A stretch of 64,000 nt of DNA, taken from contig MU058139.1 in NCBI GenBank assembly GCA_013265495.1, positions 124,001 through 188,000 of the forward strand. Direction: 5' to 3'. This document shows, in pieces, positions 12,017 to 23,260 of this stretch. The DNA is from Vicugna vicugna. Taxonomy: Eukaryota. The notes under the pieces were generated by a model. It did no database searches, was not told the origin of the DNA, and saw nothing but the letters and a program-made list of their open reading frames with translations. Both the position numbers and the translations under genes were made by a program. Within the stretch, counting starts at the first letter, position 1, and the number at the start of each line of letters is the position of its first letter.

Positions 12017-15000
12017 TGATGTGGAGAACTTGGAACTCTGTGTCTTGCTGGTGAGAATGTAAAGTGGTGCGGCCACTCTAGAAAATAGATGCTGATTCCT
12101 TAAAAATAATAACAGAGCAACAACTTTCCGCTGGTGTCCTGGCTCAGAGCCGCACCCATTCATTGCCCCGAAGATCCATCTGTCTCTCTGGTTTTCCAGC
12201 GGGAAGAGACTCCAGCCACCTAGGGGCAACTGCCACCCAGGGGACTGTGACCAGAAGAGGGGCTGAAAGCGTGGCTGACCCTTGTGGGCCCGGGCAGGGG
12301 ACGGTGACCATGGCCATGCAGACGTGCGCCAGGGCCTGGGGGCTGCGTCTGGGCTTGGAGTCCGGGGCAGCCGCCACTTGGCTGGAGGTGCGGGGCCTCT
12401 TTGGGCGCCGCAGGGCCGTGACAGCAGTAGCGGCAGCGGGGCTGGGGCCTCGCACCTTCTCGAGCGCCTCCTGCCCAGACACTATGACTTCGCTTGGAGG
12501 CTTATTGGCCCCAGGGACAAAGACCAGAGGGAGATGCTACAGGCCCTAGGGCTGAAGAGCGTTCCTGCCAGTATCCACTTGAAAAGACCCTTGAAAATGT
12601 CTGAAAATGAAATCCTTGCAACCCTGCATGCCATTCCCAGCAAGAACCAGTTCTGGAGGTCGTATATCGGCCTGGGCTGTTGTAACTGCTCAGTGCCACA
12701 GACAATTCTGCAGAACTTCCTGGAGAACTCAGGATGGATCACCCAGTAAACTCCATACCAGCCAGAGGTGTCTCAGGGGAGACTGGAGAGTTTACTCAGA
12801 CCATGGTTTACCAGTCTACCAGACCATGGTGTGTGACATCACAGGCATGGACATGGCTAATGCATCCCTGCTGGATGAGGCCACCGCGGCTGCAGAGGCA
12901 ATGCAGCTTTTCCCCAGACACAAGAGGAGGAATTTTTTTATTGATCCCCGTTGCCATCCCCAGACAATAGCTGTTGTCCAGACTCGAGCCAAGTATCCTG
13001 GAGTCCTCATTGAACTGAAGTTACCCCATGAAATGGACTTCAGTGGGAAGGATGTCAGTGGAGTGCTGTTCCAGTACTCAGACACCGAAGGGAAGGTGGA
13101 AGACTTTACAGAACTGGTGGAGAGAGCCCATCAGGCAGGGAGCTTGGCCTGCGGTGCTACTCACCTTTTAGCTCTGTGTGTCTTGAGGCCTCCTGGAGAG
13201 TTGGGGGTAGACATCACCCTGGGCAGCTCACAGAGATTTAGGGTGCCACTGGGCTATGGCAGACCACATGCAGCCATTTTTCTGTCAGAGAAAGCTTGGT
13301 GAGGAGGATGCCTGGAAGAATGGTTGGGGTAACAAGAGATGCCAGTGGGAAAGAAGTGTATTGTCTTGCTCTTCAAACCAGGGAGCAACACATCCAGAGA
13401 CAAGGCTACCATCAACATCTGTACAGCTCAGGCTGTCTTGGCAAATATGGCTGCAATGTTTGCAATCTACTGTGGGTCCCACGGGCTGGAACATATTGCT
13501 AGGAGGGTATGTAATGCCACTTTGATTTTATCTGAAGGTCTCAAGCGAGCGGGGCACCAACTCCAGCATGACTTGTTCTTTGACACTTTGAAGATTCAGT
13601 GTGGCTGCTCAGTGAAGGAGGTCTTGGGCAGGGCCACTCAGTGGCAAATAAATATTTGGCCCTTTGAGGATGGCACACTTGGTATTTCTCTTGATGAAAC
13701 AGTCAATGAAAAAGATCTGGATGACTTGTTGTGGATATTTGGCTGTGAGTCGTCTGCAGAGCTGGTTGCTGAAAGGACGGGTGAGGAACGGAGAGGTATT
13801 CTAGGAACTGCCTTCAAGAGAACTAGCCCGTTCCTCACACATCAAGTGTTCAACAGCTATCACTCAGAAACAGAATTGTTAGATATATGAAGCAGTTGGA
13901 AAACAAAGACATTTCCCTTGTTCATAGCATGATTCCACTAGGGTCCTGCACCATGAAGCTCAACAGTTCTTCTGAACTCACAGCTATCACGTGGAAGGAA
14001 TTTGCAAACATCCACCCTTTTGTGCCTCTGGACCATGCTCAAGGGTACCAGCAGCTTTTCCAAGAACTTGAGAAGGATTTGTGTGAACTCACAGGCTATG
14101 ACCGAATCTCTTTCCAGCCTAACAGCAGAGCTTGGGGGGAATACGCGGGGCTGGCCACTATCCGAGCCTACTTGGACGGGAAAGGAGAAAAACACAGAAC
14201 GGTTTGCCTCATTCCAAAATCTGCACATGGGACCGATCCTACAAGTGCCCACATGGCAGGCATGAAGATTCAGTCTGTGGAGGTGGATAAATACGGGAAT
14301 ATCGATGCAGTTCACCTCAAGGCCATGGTGGATAAACACAAGGAGAACCTGGCAGCAATCATGATTACATACCCATCCACCAGTAGGGTGTTTGAAGAGA
14401 ACACTGGAGAGGTGTGTGACCTGATCCACAAGCACAGAGGGCAGGTCTACCTGGACGGGGCAAATATGAACGCTCAGGTGGGAATCTGTTGTCCTGGAGA
14501 CTTTGGTTCTGATGTCTCACACCTAAATCTTCGCAAGACCTTCTGCATTCCCCACGGAGGAGGCGGCCCCAGCATGGGGCCCATCAGAGTGAAGAAGCAT
14601 CTTGTGCCTTTTCTGCCTAATCATCCCATCATTTCGGTGAAGCCAAGCAAAGATGCCCAGCCTTTGGGTACTGTCAGCGTGGCCCCGTGGGAACTCCAGT
14701 TCCATCTTGCCAATTTCATGGGTTTATATCAAGATGATGGGGGGCAAGGGCCTTAAACAGGCCACAGAAACTGCTATATTAAAAGCCAACTACATGGCCA
14801 AGCGATTAGAAAAACACTACAAAGTCCTTTTTCAGGGTGCAAGAGGTTATGTGGCTCATGAGTTTATTTTGTATACAAGACCCTTCAAAAGTCTGCAAAT
14901 ACTGAGGCCGTGGATGTGGCCAAGAGACTTTAGGATTATGGGTTTCACGCCCCTGCCATGTCCTGGCCAGTGGCTGGCACGCTCATGATTGAGCCCACCG

Positions 15001-16460
15001 AGTCAGAAGAAAAGGCAGAGCTGGACAGGTTCTGTGACGCCATGATCAGCATTCAGCAGGAAGTTGCCTACATCGAGGAGGGCCACATCGACCCCAGGGT
15101 CATCCCCCTGAAGATGTTGCCACGCTCCTTGACCTTCGTCACGTCCTCCCACTGGGATCAGCCGTATTCCAGAGAGGCGGCAGCATTCCCACTCCCCTTT
15201 GTGAAACTGGAGAACAAATTCTGGCCAACCATTGCCCGGATTGATGCCATCTATGGAGATCAGCGCGTGGTGTGCACCTGCCCACCCATGGATGTCTGTG
15301 AGTCCCCATTTTCTCAACAGAAGAGGGCCTCTTCCTCGTCTTCTCTCCCTAAGTTCAAGTGACTGATCTGATGTGCTTTGGAGCGTCTGATCAAGAAATC
15401 TTTCATTTTCCACCAGACTCAAGTAGTAGTTTTATATACTGTGTATAGTTTTGTAATCTGTCCAGGTAAATGTAAATAGCCTAGTGAGTGGCAGATCATT
15501 GGAAGAGTGATTTGCTTTGGTGCCTCTGCTTTCTCATGTAGCAGTTGATGTTCAAGTTGCCTTGATTGGGACCATTGTTTTTTGCATAGAAAGTCTGGAA
15601 TGCGCTAGTAACTTTTTAACTTCAGTGTACCAAGTTTGCAGACATTATAGAAGCTATTACTGGAGACTTGATAGACATTTTTATTCCAAATAAGTCCTTG
15701 TGGACTATGCCATTTATGGGAAATCCCAGGGCAAACATTTACATTTTATATACACTGAAGAAATCTTTCCTCCTACTAATTTGCCTAATCTGTAATAGCA
15801 TTTCTGAGTGTTTTCCTTTTTCCACAAGTGTGTTTTCTTAAATCTGCAATTAATAATACTCTAATAAAAACATTGCAATTTGAAAAAAAATAATAAACAT
15901 AGAATTACCACATGATACAGCAATCCATTTCTGAGTATATACCCAAATGAATTGAAAGGAGGGACTTAAACAGATACTTGTATACCAGTATTCATAGCAG
16001 CATTATTAACAGTAGTAAAAAAAAAAGTGGGAACAACCAAAGTGTCCATTGGTGGATGAATGGATAAACAAAATATGATGTAGACATACAATGGAATGTT
16101 ATTCAGCTATAAAAAGGAAAGAAATCCTGACACATTACAACAAGAATGAACCTTGAAGACATACTCAGCGAAATAAACCAGACCCAAAATGACACAGTTT
16201 GTATAATTCCACTTACATGAGATACATAAAAGAATCAAGTTCATGGAGACAGAAAGCTAGTGGTTATCAGGGCTCGGGGGACCTGGGGCCTGGAAGTTGG
16301 TGTGTAACGGGTATGGGTTTGGGGTGGTAAGAAAGTTCTGGAGGTGGCCAGTGGTGATAGTTGCACAACAGTATGAACGTCCTTAACACCACTGAACTGC
16401 ATACTTGAAAACTGTTTAAATGTCAAATTTTATGTTATGTACAATTTACCACAATTGAAA
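12017..16460 (+). mobile_element. L1 (L1MB-like) 3' fragment hosting the GLDC retrocopy (pieces 12017-12114 and 15886-16460)
   Basis: Left piece gatgtggagaacttggaac...gattcct joins the right piece aaacatagaattaccacatgatacagcaatcc... as continuous L1 3' sequence. Confidence 0.85.
12115..15890 (+). pseudogene. GLDC: GLDC (glycine decarboxylase, P-protein) processed pseudogene, full length
   Basis: Intronless; ATG 12316 ([13 protein letters not shown]) to ...QKRASS at 15335; PLP-lysine motif [18 protein letters not shown]; frameshifts near 12356, 12800, 13282, 13398, 13872, 14691, 14890; premature TAA 12747 and TAG 14931; AATAAA 15863-15868; A-tail 15883-15890; TSD AAAAATAATA(A)ACA at 12102-12114 and 15886-15899. 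Confidence 0.97.
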
Positions 16461-19400
16461 AACAAATTCCCTACCACCTTTTTTTCAGAAGCACTCACAG
16501 AAAACTATGGGTATAGGGAAGCTGTGAGCCAATGCAGATTGCGTCAACAGCCACTATCCACGTTTTGTGTGTGTGTTTAGAGATAAACCTTAGTGCAAAT
16601 CTCATAAATTATAGTATACGACTGTCTGAAATCACTTTGGTGCACTTTCACTGGGTTTTCCTCACCGCTGAAAAGAATCTTACCAATAAAAAGGGTCAAG
16701 AGTTTTACTCTGATTACTCGGTAATTATAGTGTCCTATGCCCCACTGAGCAAAGTTACACAAAATGTGTTAAGTTACACATCACCAACTCTAGCCCCACG
16801 GAAGCTCTGTGGAGATGTTTGCGTACAAACTGAAAGGTAAAGCATAGCTTTGGGAAATGTTTAAAACTATTGAAGTATATCCATGGGCAGGTAGATGGTG
16901 TTTCCTGCCCTTAATTTATAACTGCAAATAAACAGTAGCAAGCACCAAATTCAGACCTTAACAAAGATGTATTTACCAGGGTGTCATTTAATTAGCATAT
17001 ATACCCATGCATAATTTAGAATATGTCATGTTGCCGAATGCCCACTATACATTGTTGGTAATAAATATGCATATGATTTGCCTTGGAAATTCTGTTTTCT
17101 GATATTTGGACTGCTATAAACTTATTCAACATTTTGAAAAATACAGCTTCTTCCTTTGAAAAAGAACTATGTGTAATTGAATCTTTGCCGTTTTTAACAG
17201 GAAACTGATTTTTCATTCTCCCTTTTGCATCACTGACTGTCTTTCAAATGGCTCGCCAAATAATCTTAATTTACTTCATACCCTGTCCCGTATTTTAGTA
17301 AGTTTTCCATACCCAAATATAATGAATGAGATAATCAGACACACCAGTACAAACAAAATGAATCAAATTGGAAAATGGCTTTGAAGAGGAGTTGGGTAGT
17401 CGTAGAAGAAGGAGTCAGAGCTTGATAACAGTCTTAATCCTTGGTGACAGGCAGTAGAGCCAGATGACAGTGGGGAGGGCATGAGTCACCCTGTTACTGA
17501 GCGTCAGCTGACCCTCTTCAGTTTCAGAGAACCCCGAACGTTGTGTGCAGTCAGACCTGCACCGTAGGCACTGCCCTGTGCCTTGAAAACAGAAAATTCC
17601 TCTCACTGCCAGCAAACTTGCTCCCTCTCCTAAGACAGAGCCTTTTGAAAAGATAAAACCGGTGGTTGAAATTGTGAAAGCCGAGGGATTACATAGCACT
17701 TAAAAAAAAAAAAAGAGGTAGTAGGTAGGATTCCTTAACAAAAACCACAGTCTGTCCTTTGTTCCAACTTCAACCTCGTATGGGTCAGAAGTTATTAAGC
17801 TGGAGACTTCTGAGGATACAGAAACGAAGCTAACGACAAAGGAAGCTGGTTTGGTTCGAGCTGCAGCAGTGCAGAAAAACGGAGTGAGCGAAAGCCCCCC
17901 CCCCCCCGACCTCAAGCAGCTCCTGAAGGATGCTTTCTGCGGGCCAGCTGCCATGTTTGCATCCAGGCTAAAGTGGCTCTTCTTGCTCTTTTTGTTTGGA
18001 TAACTTTACAATTTAAAATAAAAATTTGGAATCAACAGCTTCCCAGATAAGCCAAAATAACACAATAAAAATTTAAGCCTGTATAGAGAAGTAGCTAAAG
18101 TATGTTTTCCTGAGTTGGTTACGTTGCTGAAAAGAAGGTTAACTTCGTAGTTTGGTCTTCAGCTTGGAGCTCTGACTATTGTAGGCCACCCATTGTAAAC
18201 TGACTTACGAACAGCTTTGGACTTTGAAACTGAGTGAGAGTCAGAGGTTTCAGCAGTCTTCTTATAGCCTGTGATTGAACGGGTTACATAATGTAAAGTT
18301 CATGACAGCCTTGAACCCCCTAGTACTGGAAGTCGCTTCCTCTCAACTTCTGATGTCAAAGGGTGCTGCATAAAACTATCGTGTCACCTTCTTAACGTGC
18401 ATCTTTTTAGACCCACCTCCAATCCATCCTCTTCTTTCTCCATTCGTCGTACTCTCCAAGATGTCTAATTATGCCTAGAATATTTCATTTGGCGAAGTCC
18501 CTCTGCATATTATTAAAAAGTAGTAAGAATCCCGCATATGTTCTTCAACTTCAGATTATACCAGTCAGTCTCTCTGCACCATTTTCCCTCTCCTGTCATT
18601 CTTTCACTTTCCTACTAAAATTTTAAACTTCAGTTTTTAAAAGAAAATCCTCACTTCTCTCCCTTTCTCTCATTAGGACTTCTAAGAACATTTTGCCTCA
18701 TGCTCTTCAAAATCTTATGCAACTGTAACTCCAGCTACATAAGTATTTCCGTCTTGATTTGTGAGTTTATTCCTTTTTAAATGTATTTATTCAGCACGTG
18801 CAAAGAACTTTTTTGGCATCTTACTCCCGACGTTCTCAAAGAAATTTGTTAGATGTTTACCGTAGGTTCTGAGTCTTATTTTCAGTTAGACCCAGCGCTT
18901 ACAACTCTTCCTCAAGTATACCATACTTGCTCCCTAAAAGCTTCCAGAATCTTTATTTTTTTCTACAGATCTTAATTTAGGTAGAAATTTTCACAATAAA
19001 ATAGAAGACAGGACATTAATTTTCCCATAGAACTCTTCTTTTTAGCCTTGGGCTGTTCTTAATTATTTGCTTGTACATATTATGGCTTCATTGTTTACTT
19101 CAGGTATTTGCTCTGTAATTTATTTTGTTTGCATCTTTATTTATATCAGGGTGGATTTAAACTATAAGAGTGTGAATATGGAACGTGTTTATTTAGCCAA
19201 GTTGGCTCTATAATCAGGTGAGATCCCCCACAGAGTCTAAAGAGAGAGGAGAGAGAGGTTTGGAGCTGGACTTGTGTCTGTTCCTGAAGATTCAGTCCTC
19301 AGACCTCTTCACCCTTCACTGTCCAAGCCATTTTTTCTCAGAGATCTCACCCTTTTCTACAACTGCTTTTTTTGCCCATGACACCCAGAAAATTCTAGAA

Positions 19401-20039
19401 TGTTCAAGCTGGGACATTTCTCATTTGAATATCTTCCTGTCACGTCAAGTTTAGCACATCTGAAAACAATCACCTTCCATTCTAACATTAGTTCCACTCA
19501 TGACTAACTTCAATATTTCTCTTTATGGTACTGGTTCACTCCCACTCTCCCAAGTTCAAACCACATCATCCAACACCATCTTCAGCTTCATTCTTACTCT
19601 ATTTCCATTTCTCAGCTTCTGTTAATAAAGTGGCCTTCCCAAGAAGGCTTTCCCTGCGCTCTGATGCATTTTAGGAAAACTGAGAAAAACTTGCTTTAAA
19701 ATCTGAAAATACACATGCATATTTGCAACTCGCTTTGTATGCTTGGCTAAACATGTGGACATTTAACAGATTTCTGCCTTCTGAATGTAATCTAGCATAA
19801 ACATAATTTTTACTAGAATAGTTGTTATTTTGCTTGCTTAGCTAGTTCCTTACACAAGTACAGTTAAATTTTACACACACACAAAAAGGTTGAAAATACC
19901 TAATGGAATGTGATGCTCCTTGTGTAACAGATGCAAGCTGAGTTTGCTATTTGAGGGCTCACCCTAGATGAACAGACAGCAAGCGACATTGTTGCTATAA
20001 TTTGAATTGGTTTTAAATGAACAATATTCCATGGTTTAG

Positions 20040-20165
20040 AGAATGTAAACTTCTAGGAGGGCAGGGATTTTTTTTTTTTTTTTTTTACTGCTCCCTTCCC
20101 AGTGACTAAGACAGTACCTGGTACAAAGTGAGCACTTAATGAATACTTGTTAAGTGAGTGAATAT
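20040..20165 (+). mobile_element. L2 LINE 3' end
   Basis: aatgtaaacttctaggagggcaggga...cagtacctggtaca...gcacttaatgaatacttgttaagtgagtgaat. Confidence 0.7.
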
Positions 20166-20499
20166 AGTCACCATACTTGACTGATATGGAAAATGCTGAA
20201 TGCTATCAGACTGTGGAATTTACACACTGTCCCAAAAACTATTTAATTTGTCTACCTCTATACACAGAGCAATAGCCACATTTACTCAAATTTGAAATAT
20301 GTGGTTTAAAAATAATTCTAGAATAGGACTTGAGCTTTTGGCTTCTGGGGAAGTTGTGGAGATAGAAAAATTTTTAAAATACTGTATTCTGACTTGTTGT
20401 CTGGACGAGAGAGAAGATTCATTTCTTCTTGCTCCTCCCTGATGAGTACAATTACCACTTCTGGATAAGTATGATTATAACATAACGCAAGAGGGGTCA

Positions 20500-22730
20500 G
20501 AGAGAAAAGTCTGAAAGGTGTAAAGAAGAAAACAAACCAGTCAAGAACTCCCAAACCTGGAAGGGGAACATGGTTATGGGACGTCAGGGTGTCTTATGAC
20601 CTCCCACCCAACAGAAGGACAAGGTGACCCAGGCTTGGTGCTTCCTGACCACCAAGCCAGCAACATAAGGGGGCCCAGGATGGAACAAGTCTTGCCAACA
20701 GCATCAGGCAAGTCTGATACAACTAGAAAGGTTGATGTATAGGCATCCGCACTGACAAGGGTCCAGGGGAAGCGTTACTTCCCTGCCAGGCCCGAGACTC
20801 CTCCCACTTGCTGAGAGACACCGGGCAGCCAGAGGGCACTGGCAAGAGGGATCTCATCCCCAGACAACCTGACGTGGAAGTCTCTTCATCACCATGAGCA
20901 GGAGGCTCTCTTCCCCTAACCCAGAGGTACCCGGTGACTCGGCCTGGGGAAACCTCCTTTCCCCTGAAGTAGAACCATCAGGGACCACTGTGAGCTCCAG
21001 CAGCACCAGGTAAACTAAATGAACACTGCAAAGGCTCTGAAACATAAACGGCCACCTGAATTGTAGACCAAACGGGCCTGCATGCTGGACATAATCATAC
21101 TGACTGCCTGCTAAAATGAAAGATTGAAAGAGGGCCCAGAATCTTCTAACATAATAAACAAAATATCCAGGATAAAATCTAAAATCACCTGTCATACCAA
21201 GAACCCCCCCCCAAAAAAAAGACAAATAAGAAAAGACAGCCAACTGATGACACCACCAAGATGAATCAGATGTTGGAATCATCTGATAAAGATTTTTAAA
21301 GCAGCTGTCATAAAAATACCTTAATAAGTAGTTACAAATTCTTTTGAAACAAAAAATAGAAAGGCTCAGCAAAAAGAGGGGTTTTTTTTCTAAGTTAACA
21401 AAAGAACTACTATGGTATGTGCATTATATCACAATATTTTTTAAAAAATGGCAATTACATAACTGAAAAATACAATAACCAAAAACCCCAACTCATTGGA
21501 TGGGTCCAATAGCAGAATGGAAATGGCTGACAATAGAATCAGTGAACTTGAAAATTAATCAATAGAATTACTCAATCTGAGTAACAAAGAGAAGAAAGAC
21601 TAGGGGAAAAATGAGCCTCAGTGACCTGGGGGACAATAGCAAAAGAGCCAACATTCATGTATTTGGAGTCCAAGAAGTAGAGGAGAAAAAGAATAGAGCT
21701 GAATGAATGTGCACAGAAATAATGGATGAAAACATCTCAAATTTAGCAAAAGATGTACAGGTTCAGGAAGCTGAGTGAATTCCAAACAGGATCCTCTGAA
21801 AGAAATCCACACCAAGACACTTTATAATTAAACACATAAAAACTAAAAACAAGAAAATGAAGGCAGCCAGAGAGAAATGACACATTACTGTAGAAGGAAT
21901 ACAGTTGGAATGAGATCAGATTTTTCATCAGAAACCATGGTGGCCAGAAGGAGGTGGCACAAAATTTTTCAAGTGCTGAAAGAAAAAAAGCTATTAACTG
22001 GAAGTTCTATGTTTGTCTAAACCATCCTGCAGGAATGAAGGGGAAGTGACAATATTCTCAAATAAAGCAAAACAAAGTGTTTGTTGCTAGCAAACCAACT
22101 CATATAGAATGGCTATTGGAAGTTCTTCAAACAGAAATAAAATGATAAAAGAACGTGTCTTGGAGCATCAGGAAGACAGAACAGTGGGAAAAGCAGAAAT
22201 ATGGATACATACAATAAAATATACTTCTCCTCATGAAGTTTATAAATCCCAGTTGATGATTGAAACAAAAATTGTAATATCATCTGATGCTCAAGACAAT
22301 GATATTTAAAAGTGGGGAAGTTAAAGGGACGTACGTGAAATGAGATTTCATTTCACTTAAAGCAGTCAACTGTGATAAGTTATGTATTGTGTATTATTAT
22401 GCCCAGAGCAATCACTGCAAAAACTATACAAAGAAATGCACTCAGAAGCACTGTAAATAAATCAAGACAGAATCCTAAGAAATATTTAACCCACAGGAAG
22501 GCAAGAAATGAGAAACAGAAGAATGGGAAGAAGAGAAAACAAATAAATCAAATAGCACACAAGCTCTACCATATCAATAATTGTCTTAAATATAGTTGGT
22601 CAAAATACACTAATTAAAATACAGAGACTGACAAAGTGAATTTAAAAACATGATTCAATTCTATACTTTGGTAAGAAACCCGCTTCAAATTAAATGATGT
22701 AAGTAGGTTGAAAGTAAAAGAATGTTAAAA
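20500..22730 (+). mobile_element. Old L1 5'UTR/ORF1 remnant
   Basis: A-rich degenerate ORF1-like sequence (agaatcagtgaacttgaa, cagatttttcatcagaaaccatg, caagtgctgaaagaaaaa); 5' boundary uncertain. Confidence 0.65.
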
Positions 22731-22909
22731 ACAAGACCCACCATAGGAGTCTGCCTTAATGGTATAATTCAAAGGGTTATAGGAATGAAGACATTAAGCA
22801 TAGCAAGACTGGAAGCAGATTAAATGCTACTGTATTAGTGCTACAATAAAACAATGCTAAAATATGTGATTGTGAAACCAATCAGTAAAACCTTAGGCAG
22901 CAAGCAGCC

Positions 22910-23260
22910 CCTCTGAAAAACAGTTCAGCAGTTTCTCAAAAAGTTGAGTTACCATGTTACCCAACAAGTGTGCTGCTAGGCGTATTCCCAAGAGAACTGA
23001 AAATATATCTACACACAAAATTGTCCATGTATGTTCACTGCAGCATCATGCGTAACAGCCAAAAAGTGGAAATGACTATTGTGTGTATCAATTGATGAGT
23101 GAGTAAACAAAATGTGGATATCCATACAAATGGATTCAGCCATGAAAAATGATGAAGTCCCGGTACATGCTGCACCATAGATGAGCCTTGAAAACAATTT
23201 GCTAAGTGAAAAGAAGCCAGACTTTGAATATTACATTGAATATAATATATCACTTTTATA
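22910..23260 (+). mobile_element. Old L1 3' fragment
   Basis: gcagtttctcaaaagtt...ccaagagaactgaaaatatat...ccttgaaaac...gctaagtgaaaagaagccag. Confidence 0.75.

Noticed and set aside
13887..14756. 289-aa ORF with the GLDC PLP-lysine motif as a functional gene, or a split two-subunit gcvPA/gcvPB-like P-protein
   Set aside because: It is just the longest interval between frameshifts in a retrocopy with many lesions; it ends out of frame and has changes in conserved motifs (HK to RK, GPG to GPS).
12115..15890. Horizontal transfer or bacterial contamination (intronless gcvP)
   Set aside because: It has the mammalian mitochondrial transit peptide, UTRs, poly(A) signal and tail, TSD and an L1 host on both sides.
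20854..21372. 172-aa minus-strand ORF and the many other short ORFs in the track
   Set aside because: They lie antisense in decayed L1 or in introns, resemble no protein I recognise and lack splice support.
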